DNA of 39,500 nt from a virus (Duplodnaviria > Caudoviricetes): positions 1 to 39,500 of the IMG/VR virus record IMGVR_UViG_3300037311_000303; one strand, given 5' to 3'. The stretch's first letter is position 1; every line of letters begins with the position of its first letter. Below the pieces are notes generated by a model. That model ran no database searches, was not told where the DNA came from, and saw only the letters and a list, made by a program, of their open reading frames with translations. This document shows positions 8,333 through 17,942 of the stretch, piece by piece. Made by a program: the position numbers and the translations under genes.

Positions 8333-11300
8333 CTCGTTTGCCTCCAGTATTCGGCATCTGCTCCATCCCAACCATTTTCCACGCGCTTCTGGGTCGTTTT
8401 CGATACTCCACCATCAGGCGTGTCGTAGAGGACAGTGCCTGATGCCATCGTAACGACTCCAGGCGCGGTTAGCGTTGCAGCATGCTTGATGTATCCATTC
8501 ACACGGTAGATCACCATGTCACCTACCATCGGCGACTGTACGCGCTGCAAGATATCCGGGTTCTTCTTTGTGAACTCGGCAAACCACGGATTGAAGTCTG
8601 TTTCTTCAATCCAATACTCCACATTTCCGATTGCGACCGAGAAGCAGTCAAAATCCCACTCCAGCTTTCCGGTTTCATTCTTATAGGCGGTCAACCGACT
8701 CCCGTCCACCATGACCAACTGTCCGCGACGCATTCTGGCCGACTCAGAAAGTTTGCCAGACGCCCTAAGCTCGGTGGTGTTTTTCTCGCCGGCAAACACA
8801 GGCCTTCCCTTCTTGTCGCGCTTCACCAAATCCACCCGATTCTCGGGCGTGGCTGCTGCTTCGACCTCACCGGCGCCATTATCGTCGCCGGATAGCATGC
8901 CACCGTTTTCGGTCCAGTTGTCGCCAGCATCGTTCGGCCCACCGCCAGAGCCGCGACCGACCCGATCACTTGAATTCGACGCTACGCCCTTGTCGTTAAG
9001 CGCCGCAGCCTGCTCCTTGCGACCCACACCGGTCACACCCGTCGGCACCGCGCCACCGTTCTCGCCACGCGACTTGTTGTCCGCAGCGATCGCGCTGAAG
9101 GTCGCGCCGGAGGCCTTCACCGACAGCTTGCCGTCCTTGCCGACCTTGTAATCGACGTTGTGCTCTTTGCCGTCGGATGTGGTGAAGGTGCAACTGCCGC
9201 TGCCTTTTTCCTTCGCGCTGACATCGCCGCAGGAGGCGGCGTAACCTGTGGGGTCGGTGCCCGAGAGCGGATTGTTCGCGATGTAGGAATAAGGATTCAG
9301 CGACTGGCTGTTGAGCGGATTCTGGATCAGCGGATCGACGCCGGTGAAGCGGCCGAGGTTGTAGTCGAACACGCGCCCGTTCATGTGGATCAGTTCGAGC
9401 TGGTTCAGATGCTCGTGCTGCGTGAAGCCCTTCGGCGTGACGTTGGTGCTCCCGAGTTTCGGTGGCGTCAGATCGGACCAAGTGCCGCTGCGCGGTTTGC
9501 CGAACGCATCGTAGCCGCGTGTTTCGGTGATGGTGCCGGCACTGCTCGCGACGGCATCGACGCTGCCGAGGCGATCTTTCAACAGGTACTCGACCTTGCG
9601 CGAGTTGCCTCCGCCACTGGTGATCACCGCATAGTCGCCAACGTAGATCTTGATCTCGTTGGTGTCGATGCGATGTTCGTAGCCGGGCAGATACACGCGC
9701 GATCCATCGCTGCCCCAACTCCGCGTGCGCTGACCATCGGCGCCGTAGCGGAAGTCGTCGCGGTTCGCACCGCGCTGCGCCACCGTCGGCAGATTCATGT
9801 GGTCGTACTTGATCGACAATCCGGCGTTGTCGCTGGTCAGATTGCCGTTCGCGTCGTAGCAGTAGGTGCGCGTGGTGCTGTTGGCCAGCGTCACCGACTT
9901 CACGGCATTCGCGCCGCCGCCGCAACTGCCGCCGGTGTACACGTAGGCGTTCGCCGCATTGCTGCTGAAGTCGGTCTTCTTCGTGAAATTGCCGACCGCA
10001 TCGAAGCCGTAGTTCACCGTACCGGATGCCGCACCACTGCGGATCGCGCTGACGATGCGGTGCAGCTGATCGTAGCTGTAGTCCTCCTGACTCTGGCCGG
10101 CATTGAGCGTCTGCCGCGTCAGATTGCCGAACACGTCATAGCCGTAGCCGAGCTTGCGCAGGTCGCTGCCGTTTCGGCTGTAACGCAGTTCGGTGAGCTG
10201 GCCCGTTTGCGTTTGGTACTGCGGGTTCAACACGACCCCATTGCCGAAGGTTTCCTGCAGGGTTTGGCCGCGCGCGTTCACGCTGCCGAGCCGTCGGTAC
10301 TCGGTGCCGAGGACCGGATCCTTCTCGGCCACCGCATTGCCGTAAGCGCTGTACACCAGTTGCAGCGTTTCGCCGTTGGGATACTCCTGCCCGACCGGGC
10401 GCCCGTAATAGCTGTCGTACCGGGTCTTGAAGCGGTAGCTCTGACTGCCGGTGGTCAGGGCTTGGGTGATGTCGGTCTGGATCGGACGCGCGAGGCTGTC
10501 GTAGACCGTGGCCTTCGACCGCTCGACGACGCCATTGATCGTGCGCTGCTCGCTCGCCGGGGCACCCTTGGCATTCGTCGGGTCGTAGGTCCAGGTATCG
10601 ACCACCGGCTTGGTCACGCCATCGCCGGTCGCATCCGCCGTCGCGCTGCGGGTGAGCGTCCGCCCCAGCTTGTCGTAGCTCATCGACGTGACGATGCCTC
10701 TGGCGTCGGTTTGGCTCAACAATTCGCCCAGGGCGTTGTAGGCGAAGCTCCAAGTGCCCTGGTTCGGATCGACGATGCTCGTGCGCTGACCGATGGCGTT
10801 GTAGACGGCCTGGGTGACGACCGCCTTCGCGTCCTCGATCGCCACGACGTTGCCTCTGGCTTCGTACCAGAACCGGGTTCTGCCGTTCAGTGCGTCGCGC
10901 GTCTCGACATAGCGGCCTGCGCTGTCCGTCGTCCGCGAGAGGTTCAGACAGTTGCCGGCACCCCCATCGTTGCTGCCGCAGACCTGGATGGTTGTCGTGC
11001 GCCCGGCGTAGCCGTAGGTCGTGACCATGTCGCCGCGCCCGTCGATGCCCTGCTTGGGCACCGTCTTCTTCGTCATCCGGCCCAGCACATCGTTGTGCTC
11101 GAACGTCGTCCAAGTCCAGTCCGGCTCGCTCCTGCGCGGTTCGGATTGTCGCCAGACCTGGCCGCGCGCCGTGTACTCGGTCAAGGTACGGGTCCACTGC
11201 CCATCCATCTGCGTCTGGGCCTTCGTCCGCAGGCGCCCCAGCGCATCGAACCGCACCTCGTTCACCGGTGCGCCGTCCTGCACCGTGGTCAATCGATACA

Positions 11301-14300
11301 CCTCGCCCGGTGCGCAGGTACTCGGCAGACAGGCACTCACCGCCAGGTGCTGGTCCGGCGTGACCATCACACTGTCGGTCGCGCCGCGCAGGCGCTTCTT
11401 GATCGCGAAGCCGAAGGCGTCGTAGTCGATCAGCGTGCGTAGGCCGTTGGCGTCGATGGTCAGACTCGGCTGACCGTCGCGCGCGCGCACCACGTTGCTC
11501 GCGCCATGCCCCAAGGCGTTCGCCACCGTCTCGGGGAAGTACCCATCCGCGCTGAAGGTGGTGCCGACGCTCCTCGTGCCGTTGGGATCGCCCGCCGCGC
11601 TCACGCCCACACCCGAGGGTAGACCGTAGTTGTTGCTCGCGGGATACGTGTACGCGGTGACGCGCTGCTGATTGGCGATGCCCGGCTGCACCGTCTCGGT
11701 CGACGGCGTGCGGTTCGTGTTCCATCCGTAGTCGGTCGTGACGGTGATGAACGGGGTGCTGGTGCCCGCTGGCAGAGGATGCTGCGCCGTGTCCCACACC
11801 ACCTTGGTCTTGACGACCGTCCTGGTCAGCTTGTCGAGCCACCAGTCCGCCGTGGTTGTTGTGTACGTGTTCGCCTCGCTCACGCACTGGCGATCGAGCC
11901 GGTTCGCGGTGCCGCTGGCGCTGCCGGCGCCAAGATCGCGACGATGGGTCGTGCGCGCCCTGAGATTGCCGTAGGCGTCATAACCGGAGGCCGTGGCAAA
12001 GGTGCCGACACAGGTGGTATCGGCCGCCGCAACTTCCTGCGTGTAACCGAGAATGGCTGGCGTGCCGCCCGTTGCCGCGGTCGTCGCGTCATACGTCCAC
12101 GCTTCCTTCGTGTCGAGGAACGGGAAGATCTTCTTCGGCGTGCCGTAGGTCGGCGTACACGCGGCCGTATCGGCACGGTTCGCGAGGTTGCAGCGCCATG
12201 CATACGTCTCGCGGCTGATCGCGCCGTCCTCGCCCGCGCGTGAGATCGGATTGACGACGATCCGTTCTGGCTGGCTGGTCAGCGGGAACTTCTGGTGAAA
12301 GGTGGTTGTGGTGCGCAGGCCGGCGGTCTCGTCCTCTTCGATCACGGTGCGGAAGCCCTGGAAGCCTCGGCCCTGCGTGTTGTAGATGGCCTCGCCATAG
12401 CCGTAGCGCCAGGTGCGGAACCCGCCGATCCCATCCGACTGACTCATCTGCGCGACGACGCTCATCGACGAGGTGAAATAAATGTGGCGCTCGTCGATGT
12501 AACGCTGCGACGCCACCATCGGCACGCTGTACAGCGGCGTTTGTCCCGCCGAGCGTCCGGCCTTGCCCGCCAGTGGTGCATAGCTCCACACCGTTTGATG
12601 GCCGAGGCCATCGGTGACCATGCCGAGCACGTCCTGCGTTTGCGGCGTGAGACCATCCAGATTCTTCGCCGCGCCGGGGCCGGTGGCTTCGCTGACCAGC
12701 ACGCGGCCGGTGAGAATCGGCAGGCCGCCAGGCAGCGTGCGCGGGGACTGCGTCTCCGAGATCGGCGTGCCGTCGCCTTTTTCGACCGGGATGCCGAACA
12801 CATCGCGCAGCCCGAACTCCGGGGAGGTCAGCATCAGGTGGTCGCCGTGACCGTCGCCATACAGATCGTCGCCCGGCAGATTCGCCGCGCCCGAGAGCAA
12901 GGGCGTCGTGACCGTGGTCACCACCGGTGTGCCGTCCGCCGCCTCGGTGATGCGCAATGCGCTCATTTTGTAGGTGCTGTAGTCCGGCCACCCGCTCTCG
13001 TGCGAGCCCACCGTAACCGCGCCGTGCCAGACATTCACTTCGGGATGCCCATCGTCGTTCAAGTCGCTGGCGACACGCGTGACGACCGGGGGCGCCGCAC
13101 CCGTCACCGGGTCTTCCGGGCACACCCAGCGCTCGGAACCAGCCGTACACAACTGGCCCATGCCCATCTGCGTGCAGGTTTCCATGTTCTCCGGCTTGAG
13201 CACGCACATATTGGCGGCGAAGCCAGTCGGGAACAGCAGTTCCGAACGGCCGTCGCCATCGATATCACTAGGCCGCAAATGCTGCGCCTGCCAGGGCGTC
13301 CACACGTGCGCGCACAGCGATTGCGACGTGCTGTCGCTGCTGCCGCACCCGGCGAGGCCCGCATTGACGCCGAGGTTGTAGATCGTGCTGAACACACCGC
13401 CGCGGTTGTAGCGCAGTTTCCAGGTCTTGTCGTAGCCCACATACAGCCAGTCGTCCAGGCCGTCGCCGTTGACGTCCATCCACAGCGCGAACAGGCCAGA
13501 TTTGTTTTCATGCGCATCGCGAGGCTGCGCCGCCGGGAATACCGAAGCGAACGGCGTACTCGTGAGGCTGTATCCGGCCGCAGTGCGCGTGCCGAACAGA
13601 ATACGATCCAGCTTGCGGCCCTGCGGGACATACGGGGTCCACGCTTCGAGCGCCGACTCGATCAGGATATCGGGCAAACCATCGCCGTCGAAGTCCTTCA
13701 CGCCCTGGACTTCCTCGCCCTCGTACATCGCGTCGCCGACATGCGGGACGGACAGGCAGTGACTCGCCGCTTGCGGAAATGTCGGTGCGCCCGTCGCCGG
13801 GTTGGTGGCGTTGGGCGTGTTGCGATAGACATAGAGCTTGTTGGCGCAGCTGCCCGCATTGGACGATTCGCTGCGGACCAGGACGAGATCGGCACGACCA
13901 TCGCCGTCCATATCGCCGACATGCATGAGGCCATCGACGGCGCTGGTCGTGCCCGGAACCGTGATTCCGGTATCGATCAGATTGCCGAATGCGGTGGTGA
14001 AGTTCGTATCGGTGGGTGACCCGCTCCAGGTGCGGACCACGATCCGGCCGGTCGCGGTTTCGCGGCCGACGAAATCCACGCGACCGTCCTGGTTGAAGTC
14101 TGCCGACTGCCCGAAATGATGGATTGCATAGGTCCCAGGCACCGTCATCGACCAACGCACCGTGCGATCGGGCGTGAGCGAGACGATCGTGCTGTAATCG
14201 ACCAACACCTCCGTCGCACCGTCGCCGTCCATATCGCCGAGCGGTCGAATGTTGCCGTTCTTGGCCCCGATCGACTCGGGGATGAGATTGGGCGCCTTCA

Positions 14301-17300
14301 ACTCGAAGGTCATCGGCCCTTGCTGCCAGACGAACGAGGTGGGTGCTTTACACAACCACTGGCTGCCGTCGTGCGCGCAGTCGCTGACCAACTGCAGAAG
14401 ACTACGGCCCGTGGTGGTGCTTACGGCGCTGCCGTAGTTCAACACCCAACTGCGCACGGCTTCGCTGCCGACGAACGTGACCACCGAGGCCAGGCGCTGT
14501 GTTTGACGGGTCAGACCGCCGGCCAGATACGACGACGCACGATCGTTCGCGTTGCCGCCGCTGGGACGCGCTTCGTAGTTGAATGCGACCCGGCGATTGC
14601 CGACGATCGCGCCGAAGCCGGTGTAGTAAATCGACGACACCAGCGTCTCGCCGTTGCCGTAGCTGCTGTAGACGTAATCGATACTGTTGCCGATACGGTC
14701 TTCGTTGCGGACCTGCATCCAGGTCAACGGCACGGTGACGCCACCGGGAACGACGCGCGCGGCCGAGGCCGCCGTGCTCGTGTTGCCGTACCACGCGATG
14801 TCGCCGGACTTGCGCTCAACCTTGAAATAGCTGTTGGTCGCGGTGAGGTTGCCGCCCAACTGCGTCACCCGCACGAACGACTCCAGTTCGGTGCCGTAGG
14901 TGGCGTTGACCGCGCCGTAGGTGCCCCCGGTGAGGACGAGTCGCTGCCCGTCCAGGCACAGGCGGTCGCTCGCGTCGAGTTTGACCGCGCGGATCTGTCC
15001 GTCCTGCTCCAACGTCTGCGGACAGCGGTGGATCGACGACAGACCCGACAGCGACCAGCCCATGCCGGCGATACCGTTGCCGGCGCGGCTGCTGTAGTCG
15101 AGCGAGAGACTCGGCTGCATCCCGCGCCGGCCCGGTGGCACCAGGATGGGAATGGTATAGGTGGCACCGCCGCCGGAGACGCCGCCTTGGCCAGAGACCT
15201 TGCCGACGCCCGGATCATGGACCGGCAACGCACCCAGCAGACTCATGGGCGATTGGTCGCCCAGCAACTCGAATGCGCTGGCGCGCACGCGCACCACGGC
15301 AACCGTCGACGTGCCGACGGTGCCGGTATTGTCGGTTGCGCGCGCAGTCAGGCTGTAGTCGCCTGCCGCGCTCGGCGTCCAGTTCAGCGTGTACGGCGCG
15401 GCGGTATCGATGCCAAGTGAGGTGCTGCCGGCGAAGAACTCGACCTGGGCGATCGTGCCGTCGGTATCGCTCGCATTCGCCGAGAGCGCGACCGCATTGG
15501 GCAGCACCGCACCGGACTGATCGCTCGGCGAGGTGAGTTGCACCAGCGGGCCGCTGTTGACGATCAGTGTGGACACGGTGGAGATCGTGACGCCGCCACG
15601 GCTGTCGAAGGCTTTCGCGGTCAGCGCGTAGCTGCCCGAGGTGACGCCGCTGAGCGCATGCGCGAACGGCGCCGTGGTGTCGATCGCGAGCAGGGTGCCG
15701 TCGCGATAGAACTCGACCTTCGCGACGCTGTCGTCCGCATCGCTGGCGCTGGCTTCGATCGTCACGTCGGCGGGCGCCTGCTTGAGCGCATTGTTCGCGG
15801 GCGTGGTGATCGCGACGGCCGGCGGCGCATTGACGGTCGCGACGCTCGCCGCCGTCGTGGCGGTGCCACCACGATTATCGGTGGCGACCGCAGTAATCGT
15901 GTACACGCCGGCCGGCGCGTTCGTCCAGACCTGCGTATACGGTGCGGCGCTATCGGTGGCGACCAGGGTGCTTCCTGCGTAGAACTCGACCTTCACGATG
16001 CTGCCGTCCGCGTCGCTCGCGTTCGCCGACAGCGTGAGCACACCCGGTGCCTGCACGAGAGTGCCGGTCGTCGGCGCGGTCAGGCTCGCGCTCGGTAGCG
16101 CGTTGACGATCAGCGTATTCGCTGCCGAGACCGTGACCCCACCGCGGGTATCGAAGGCTTTGGCGGTGAGGCTGTAGGTGCCGGCCGCGAGATTGCTCGC
16201 TTGCCAGGCGTAGGGCGCGGTCGTGTCGGTCGCCTGCAGCACGCCATCACGATAGAACTCGACCTTGGACAGGCCATCGTCGGGATCGCTGGCGGTGGCC
16301 TGCACCAGCGGACTCGCAGGTGCGGCCAGAATCGCGCCCGAGATGGGCGAGGACACCGCCACGCTCGGCGGGTAGTTCACCGTGATCGCGACGGCGGATG
16401 AGGTCACGCTCACGCCATCGTCGTCGGTGGCGCGTGCCGTGAAGCTGTAGTTGCCGGACGGAATGTTCGTCCAGGTGTAGGCGTAAGGGGCCGTGGTGTC
16501 GGTCGCGAGCAAGGTCGTTCCGCTGTAGAACTCGACCTGCGTGATCGCGCTGTTGTCGCTGGCGGTGGCTTGAAGGCCGAGGTTCAACGGTCCCTGATAG
16601 GTCGAGCCGTCGACCGGCGTACCGAGCCCCACCGTCGGCGGCGTGTTGACCTTGAGTGTATGCGTCGCTTCGCTCGCCGCGCCTGCGTTGTCGTAGGCGC
16701 GCGCCTTGATCAGGAACGTGCCCGTGCCGGTGGGTGTCCAGGTCGTCGCGTAGGGAGCCGTCGTGTCGGTTGCGATCAGGAGGTCGGAAACGAAGAACTC
16801 GACACGCGCGATGCTGCCATCCGCGTCGATCGCATTCGCCGCGATCGACACGCCCGGACCGAACAGCACGACCTGTCCATTGGCGGGCGATGTGAGCGCC
16901 ACGCTCGGCACCTGATTCGTGGGCGCGGTCACCGTGGCGTTCACGGTATTCGACTGCAAACTGCTTCCGAGATTGCTGAACACCACGGCGTGAATCGCGT
17001 ACGCACCGGCCGGCACACCGGTCCAGGCGAAGCTGTAGGGGAATGCGGTGTCGGTGCCGATCAAGCCGCCGTTGGCGTAGAACTCGACCTTGGTGATGCG
17101 CTCGCCGTCATCGCCGATGTCGGCAGCGACCTCCATCGCAATCGTCGCGGGTGGGGTGTAGCTGGTGCCGTTCGGCAGCGACAGATCAGCCTGGATCACC
17201 GACATCGGGGCGATGACGGCCTCCTCCGGAGGAGGCGGTGCTGCAATGGTCTGCGCCAGCACGTACGACCCGGCGAGCACCAACGCCCAAGCGACCAGGA

Positions 17301-17352
17301 TCGGCCCGCGTTTGGCCAGCCACTTGCGCACGACACCTTGCCCACGTCCCAT
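8329..17352 (-). CDS. Giant Rhs/YD-repeat polymorphic toxin: signal peptide, 7 Ig-like repeats, SpvB/TcB-like domain, FG-GAP repeats, RHS core and C-terminal toxin domain
   Basis: 3007 aa. Hydrophobic N-terminus ending VLA-Q; seven VEF(Y/F)...TD..AP(Y/F) repeats; GGATYTIPILVPPGRRGMQPSLSLDYSS..GNGIAGMGWSL (SpvB-like); DxDGDG repeats; YD repeats; GFTQHEHL...MNGRVFDYNLGRFTGVDP...NPYSYIANNPLSGTDPTG core end at about 9244-9270. Confidence 0.95.
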   Translation of the reverse strand: MGRGQGVVRKWLAKRGPILVAWALVLAGSYVLAQTIAAPPPPEEAVIAPMSVIQADLSLPNGTSYTPPATIAMEVAADIGDDGERITKVEFYANGGLIGTDTAFPYSFAWTGVPAGAYAIHAVVFSNLGSSLQSNTVNATVTAPTNQVPSVALTSPANGQVVLFGPGVSIAANAIDADGSIARVEFFVSDLLIATDTTAPYATTWTPTGTGTFLIKARAYDNAGAASEATHTLKVNTPPTVGLGTPVDGSTYQGPLNLGLQATASDNSAITQVEFYSGTTLLATDTTAPYAYTWTNIPSGNYSFTARATDDDGVSVTSSAVAITVNYPPSVAVSSPISGAILAAPASPLVQATASDPDDGLSKVEFYRDGVLQATDTTAPYAWQASNLAAGTYSLTAKAFDTRGGVTVSAANTLIVNALPSASLTAPTTGTLVQAPGVLTLSANASDADGSIVKVEFYAGSTLVATDSAAPYTQVWTNAPAGVYTITAVATDNRGGTATTAASVATVNAPPAVAITTPANNALKQAPADVTIEASASDADDSVAKVEFYRDGTLLAIDTTAPFAHALSGVTSGSYALTAKAFDSRGGVTISTVSTLIVNSGPLVQLTSPSDQSGAVLPNAVALSANASDTDGTIAQVEFFAGSTSLGIDTAAPYTLNWTPSAAGDYSLTARATDNTGTVGTSTVAVVRVRASAFELLGDQSPMSLLGALPVHDPGVGKVSGQGGVSGGGATYTIPILVPPGRRGMQPSLSLDYSSRAGNGIAGMGWSLSGLSSIHRCPQTLEQDGQIRAVKLDASDRLCLDGQRLVLTGGTYGAVNATYGTELESFVRVTQLGGNLTATNSYFKVERKSGDIAWYGNTSTAASAARVVPGGVTVPLTWMQVRNEDRIGNSIDYVYSSYGNGETLVSSIYYTGFGAIVGNRRVAFNYEARPSGGNANDRASSYLAGGLTRQTQRLASVVTFVGSEAVRSWVLNYGSAVSTTTGRSLLQLVSDCAHDGSQWLCKAPTSFVWQQGPMTFELKAPNLIPESIGAKNGNIRPLGDMDGDGATEVLVDYSTIVSLTPDRTVRWSMTVPGTYAIHHFGQSADFNQDGRVDFVGRETATGRIVVRTWSGSPTDTNFTTAFGNLIDTGITVPGTTSAVDGLMHVGDMDGDGRADLVLVRSESSNAGSCANKLYVYRNTPNATNPATGAPTFPQAASHCLSVPHVGDAMYEGEEVQGVKDFDGDGLPDILIESALEAWTPYVPQGRKLDRILFGTRTAAGYSLTSTPFASVFPAAQPRDAHENKSGLFALWMDVNGDGLDDWLYVGYDKTWKLRYNRGGVFSTIYNLGVNAGLAGCGSSDSTSQSLCAHVWTPWQAQHLRPSDIDGDGRSELLFPTGFAANMCVLKPENMETCTQMGMGQLCTAGSERWVCPEDPVTGAAPPVVTRVASDLNDDGHPEVNVWHGAVTVGSHESGWPDYSTYKMSALRITEAADGTPVVTTVTTPLLSGAANLPGDDLYGDGHGDHLMLTSPEFGLRDVFGIPVEKGDGTPISETQSPRTLPGGLPILTGRVLVSEATGPGAAKNLDGLTPQTQDVLGMVTDGLGHQTVWSYAPLAGKAGRSAGQTPLYSVPMVASQRYIDERHIYFTSSMSVVAQMSQSDGIGGFRTWRYGYGEAIYNTQGRGFQGFRTVIEEDETAGLRTTTTFHQKFPLTSQPERIVVNPISRAGEDGAISRETYAWRCNLANRADTAACTPTYGTPKKIFPFLDTKEAWTYDATTAATGGTPAILGYTQEVAAADTTCVGTFATASGYDAYGNLRARTTHRRDLGAGSASGTANRLDRQCVSEANTYTTTTADWWLDKLTRTVVKTKVVWDTAQHPLPAGTSTPFITVTTDYGWNTNRTPSTETVQPGIANQQRVTAYTYPASNNYGLPSGVGVSAAGDPNGTRSVGTTFSADGYFPETVANALGHGASNVVRARDGQPSLTIDANGLRTLIDYDAFGFAIKKRLRGATDSVMVTPDQHLAVSACLPSTCAPGEVYRLTTVQDGAPVNEVRFDALGRLRTKAQTQMDGQWTRTLTEYTARGQVWRQSEPRRSEPDWTWTTFEHNDVLGRMTKKTVPKQGIDGRGDMVTTYGYAGRTTTIQVCGSNDGGAGNCLNLSRTTDSAGRYVETRDALNGRTRFWYEARGNVVAIEDAKAVVTQAVYNAIGQRTSIVDPNQGTWSFAYNALGELLSQTDARGIVTSMSYDKLGRTLTRSATADATGDGVTKPVVDTWTYDPTNAKGAPASEQRTINGVVERSKATVYDSLARPIQTDITQALTTGSQSYRFKTRYDSYYGRPVGQEYPNGETLQLVYSAYGNAVAEKDPVLGTEYRRLGSVNARGQTLQETFGNGVVLNPQYQTQTGQLTELRYSRNGSDLRKLGYGYDVFGNLTRQTLNAGQSQEDYSYDQLHRIVSAIRSGAASGTVNYGFDAVGNFTKKTDFSSNAANAYVYTGGSCGGGANAVKSVTLANSTTRTYCYDANGNLTSDNAGLSIKYDHMNLPTVAQRGANRDDFRYGADGQRTRSWGSDGSRVYLPGYEHRIDTNEIKIYVGDYAVITSGGGNSRKVEYLLKDRLGSVDAVASSAGTITETRGYDAFGKPRSGTWSDLTPPKLGSTNVTPKGFTQHEHLNQLELIHMNGRVFDYNLGRFTGVDPLIQNPLNSQSLNPYSYIANNPLSGTDPTGYAASCGDVSAKEKGSGSCTFTTSDGKEHNVDYKVGKDGKLSVKASGATFSAIAADNKSRGENGGAVPTGVTGVGRKEQAAALNDKGVASNSSDRVGRGSGGGPNDAGDNWTENGGMLSGDDNGAGEVEAAATPENRVDLVKRDKKGRPVFAGEKNTTELRASGKLSESARMRRGQLVMVDGSRLTAYKNETGKLEWDFDCFSVAIGNVEYWIEETDFNPWFAEFTKKNPDILQRVQSPMVGDMVIYRVNGYIKHAATLTAPGVVTMASGTVLYDTPDGGVSKTTQKRVENGWDGADAEYWRQTR
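15290..17190 (-). repeat. Seven ~90-aa bacterial Ig-like (Big) repeats inside the Rhs gene
   Basis: Repeated units NxxPxV..P..G.....A.A.D.DG....VEFY....L.ATDT.APY...W....G.Y..TA.A.D; coordinates approximate. Confidence 0.85.
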
Positions 17353-17542
17353 ACCGCCCCCTACTTGGTTGATTGCGATGCGATCCTGTCCCGCGAACGC
17401 CTACGGTGTTCGCTCGACGGACCTGCCTGTTCGTTGATTCACGCGCCCGCCGCGACATCGTGCGCCGCGGGCCTCTCATCGCCTGCGACTGATGCGGTAC
17501 TCATGGCGTGGCGGTCGCGACGCCACCTGTTGTCATTCGAGA

Positions 17543-17902
17543 TCATTTCGCTTGATCAGACGGCAAGACCGCACGTACGGTCTTCACGCGCTTCGACAAC
17601 GCAATGATCTCGTCGGCCGACATCCCCGAGACCTTGTCCCGGATGCGCGCGATCGAGGGGCGCTGCAACGCTGGATCGTCGACGACCTCGTAGGCGCTTG
17701 AGACGCCCTCCATGTTCAAGAGCAGGACGGCGATCTGCAGCGTCTGTTGCTTGCGCGGCGACAGCGACGACGTCATGCGCTCGAAGGTCGCCGTGGCCGT
17801 GGCCTCCGACGTGGCGTCGATGCGAATCGGTTCTTTGGCGTGGACGCTCGCCGCGAACAGCAGCGCGACAACCATCAGTACGTTGAGCGTGTTTCTGAAC
17901 AT
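17543..17902 (-). CDS. Small exported protein (DUF6694-like)
   Basis: Likely start ATG 17902, MFRNTLNVLMVVALLFAASVHA-K (signal peptide); RIDATSE...IRDKVSGMSADEIIALS. Confidence 0.65.
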   Translation of the reverse strand: MFRNTLNVLMVVALLFAASVHAKEPIRIDATSEATATATFERMTSSLSPRKQQTLQIAVLLLNMEGVSSAYEVVDDPALQRPSIARIRDKVSGMSADEIIALSKRVKTVRAVLPSDQAK

Positions 17903-17942
17903 GGAATTCGGTCCTTGGGATTGATCTGAGATGCGGTCGCGT

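Noticed and set aside
9160-15420. Long + strand ORFs (760, 574, 434 aa)
   Set aside because: Antisense shadows of the GC-rich Rhs gene with no recognisable motifs.
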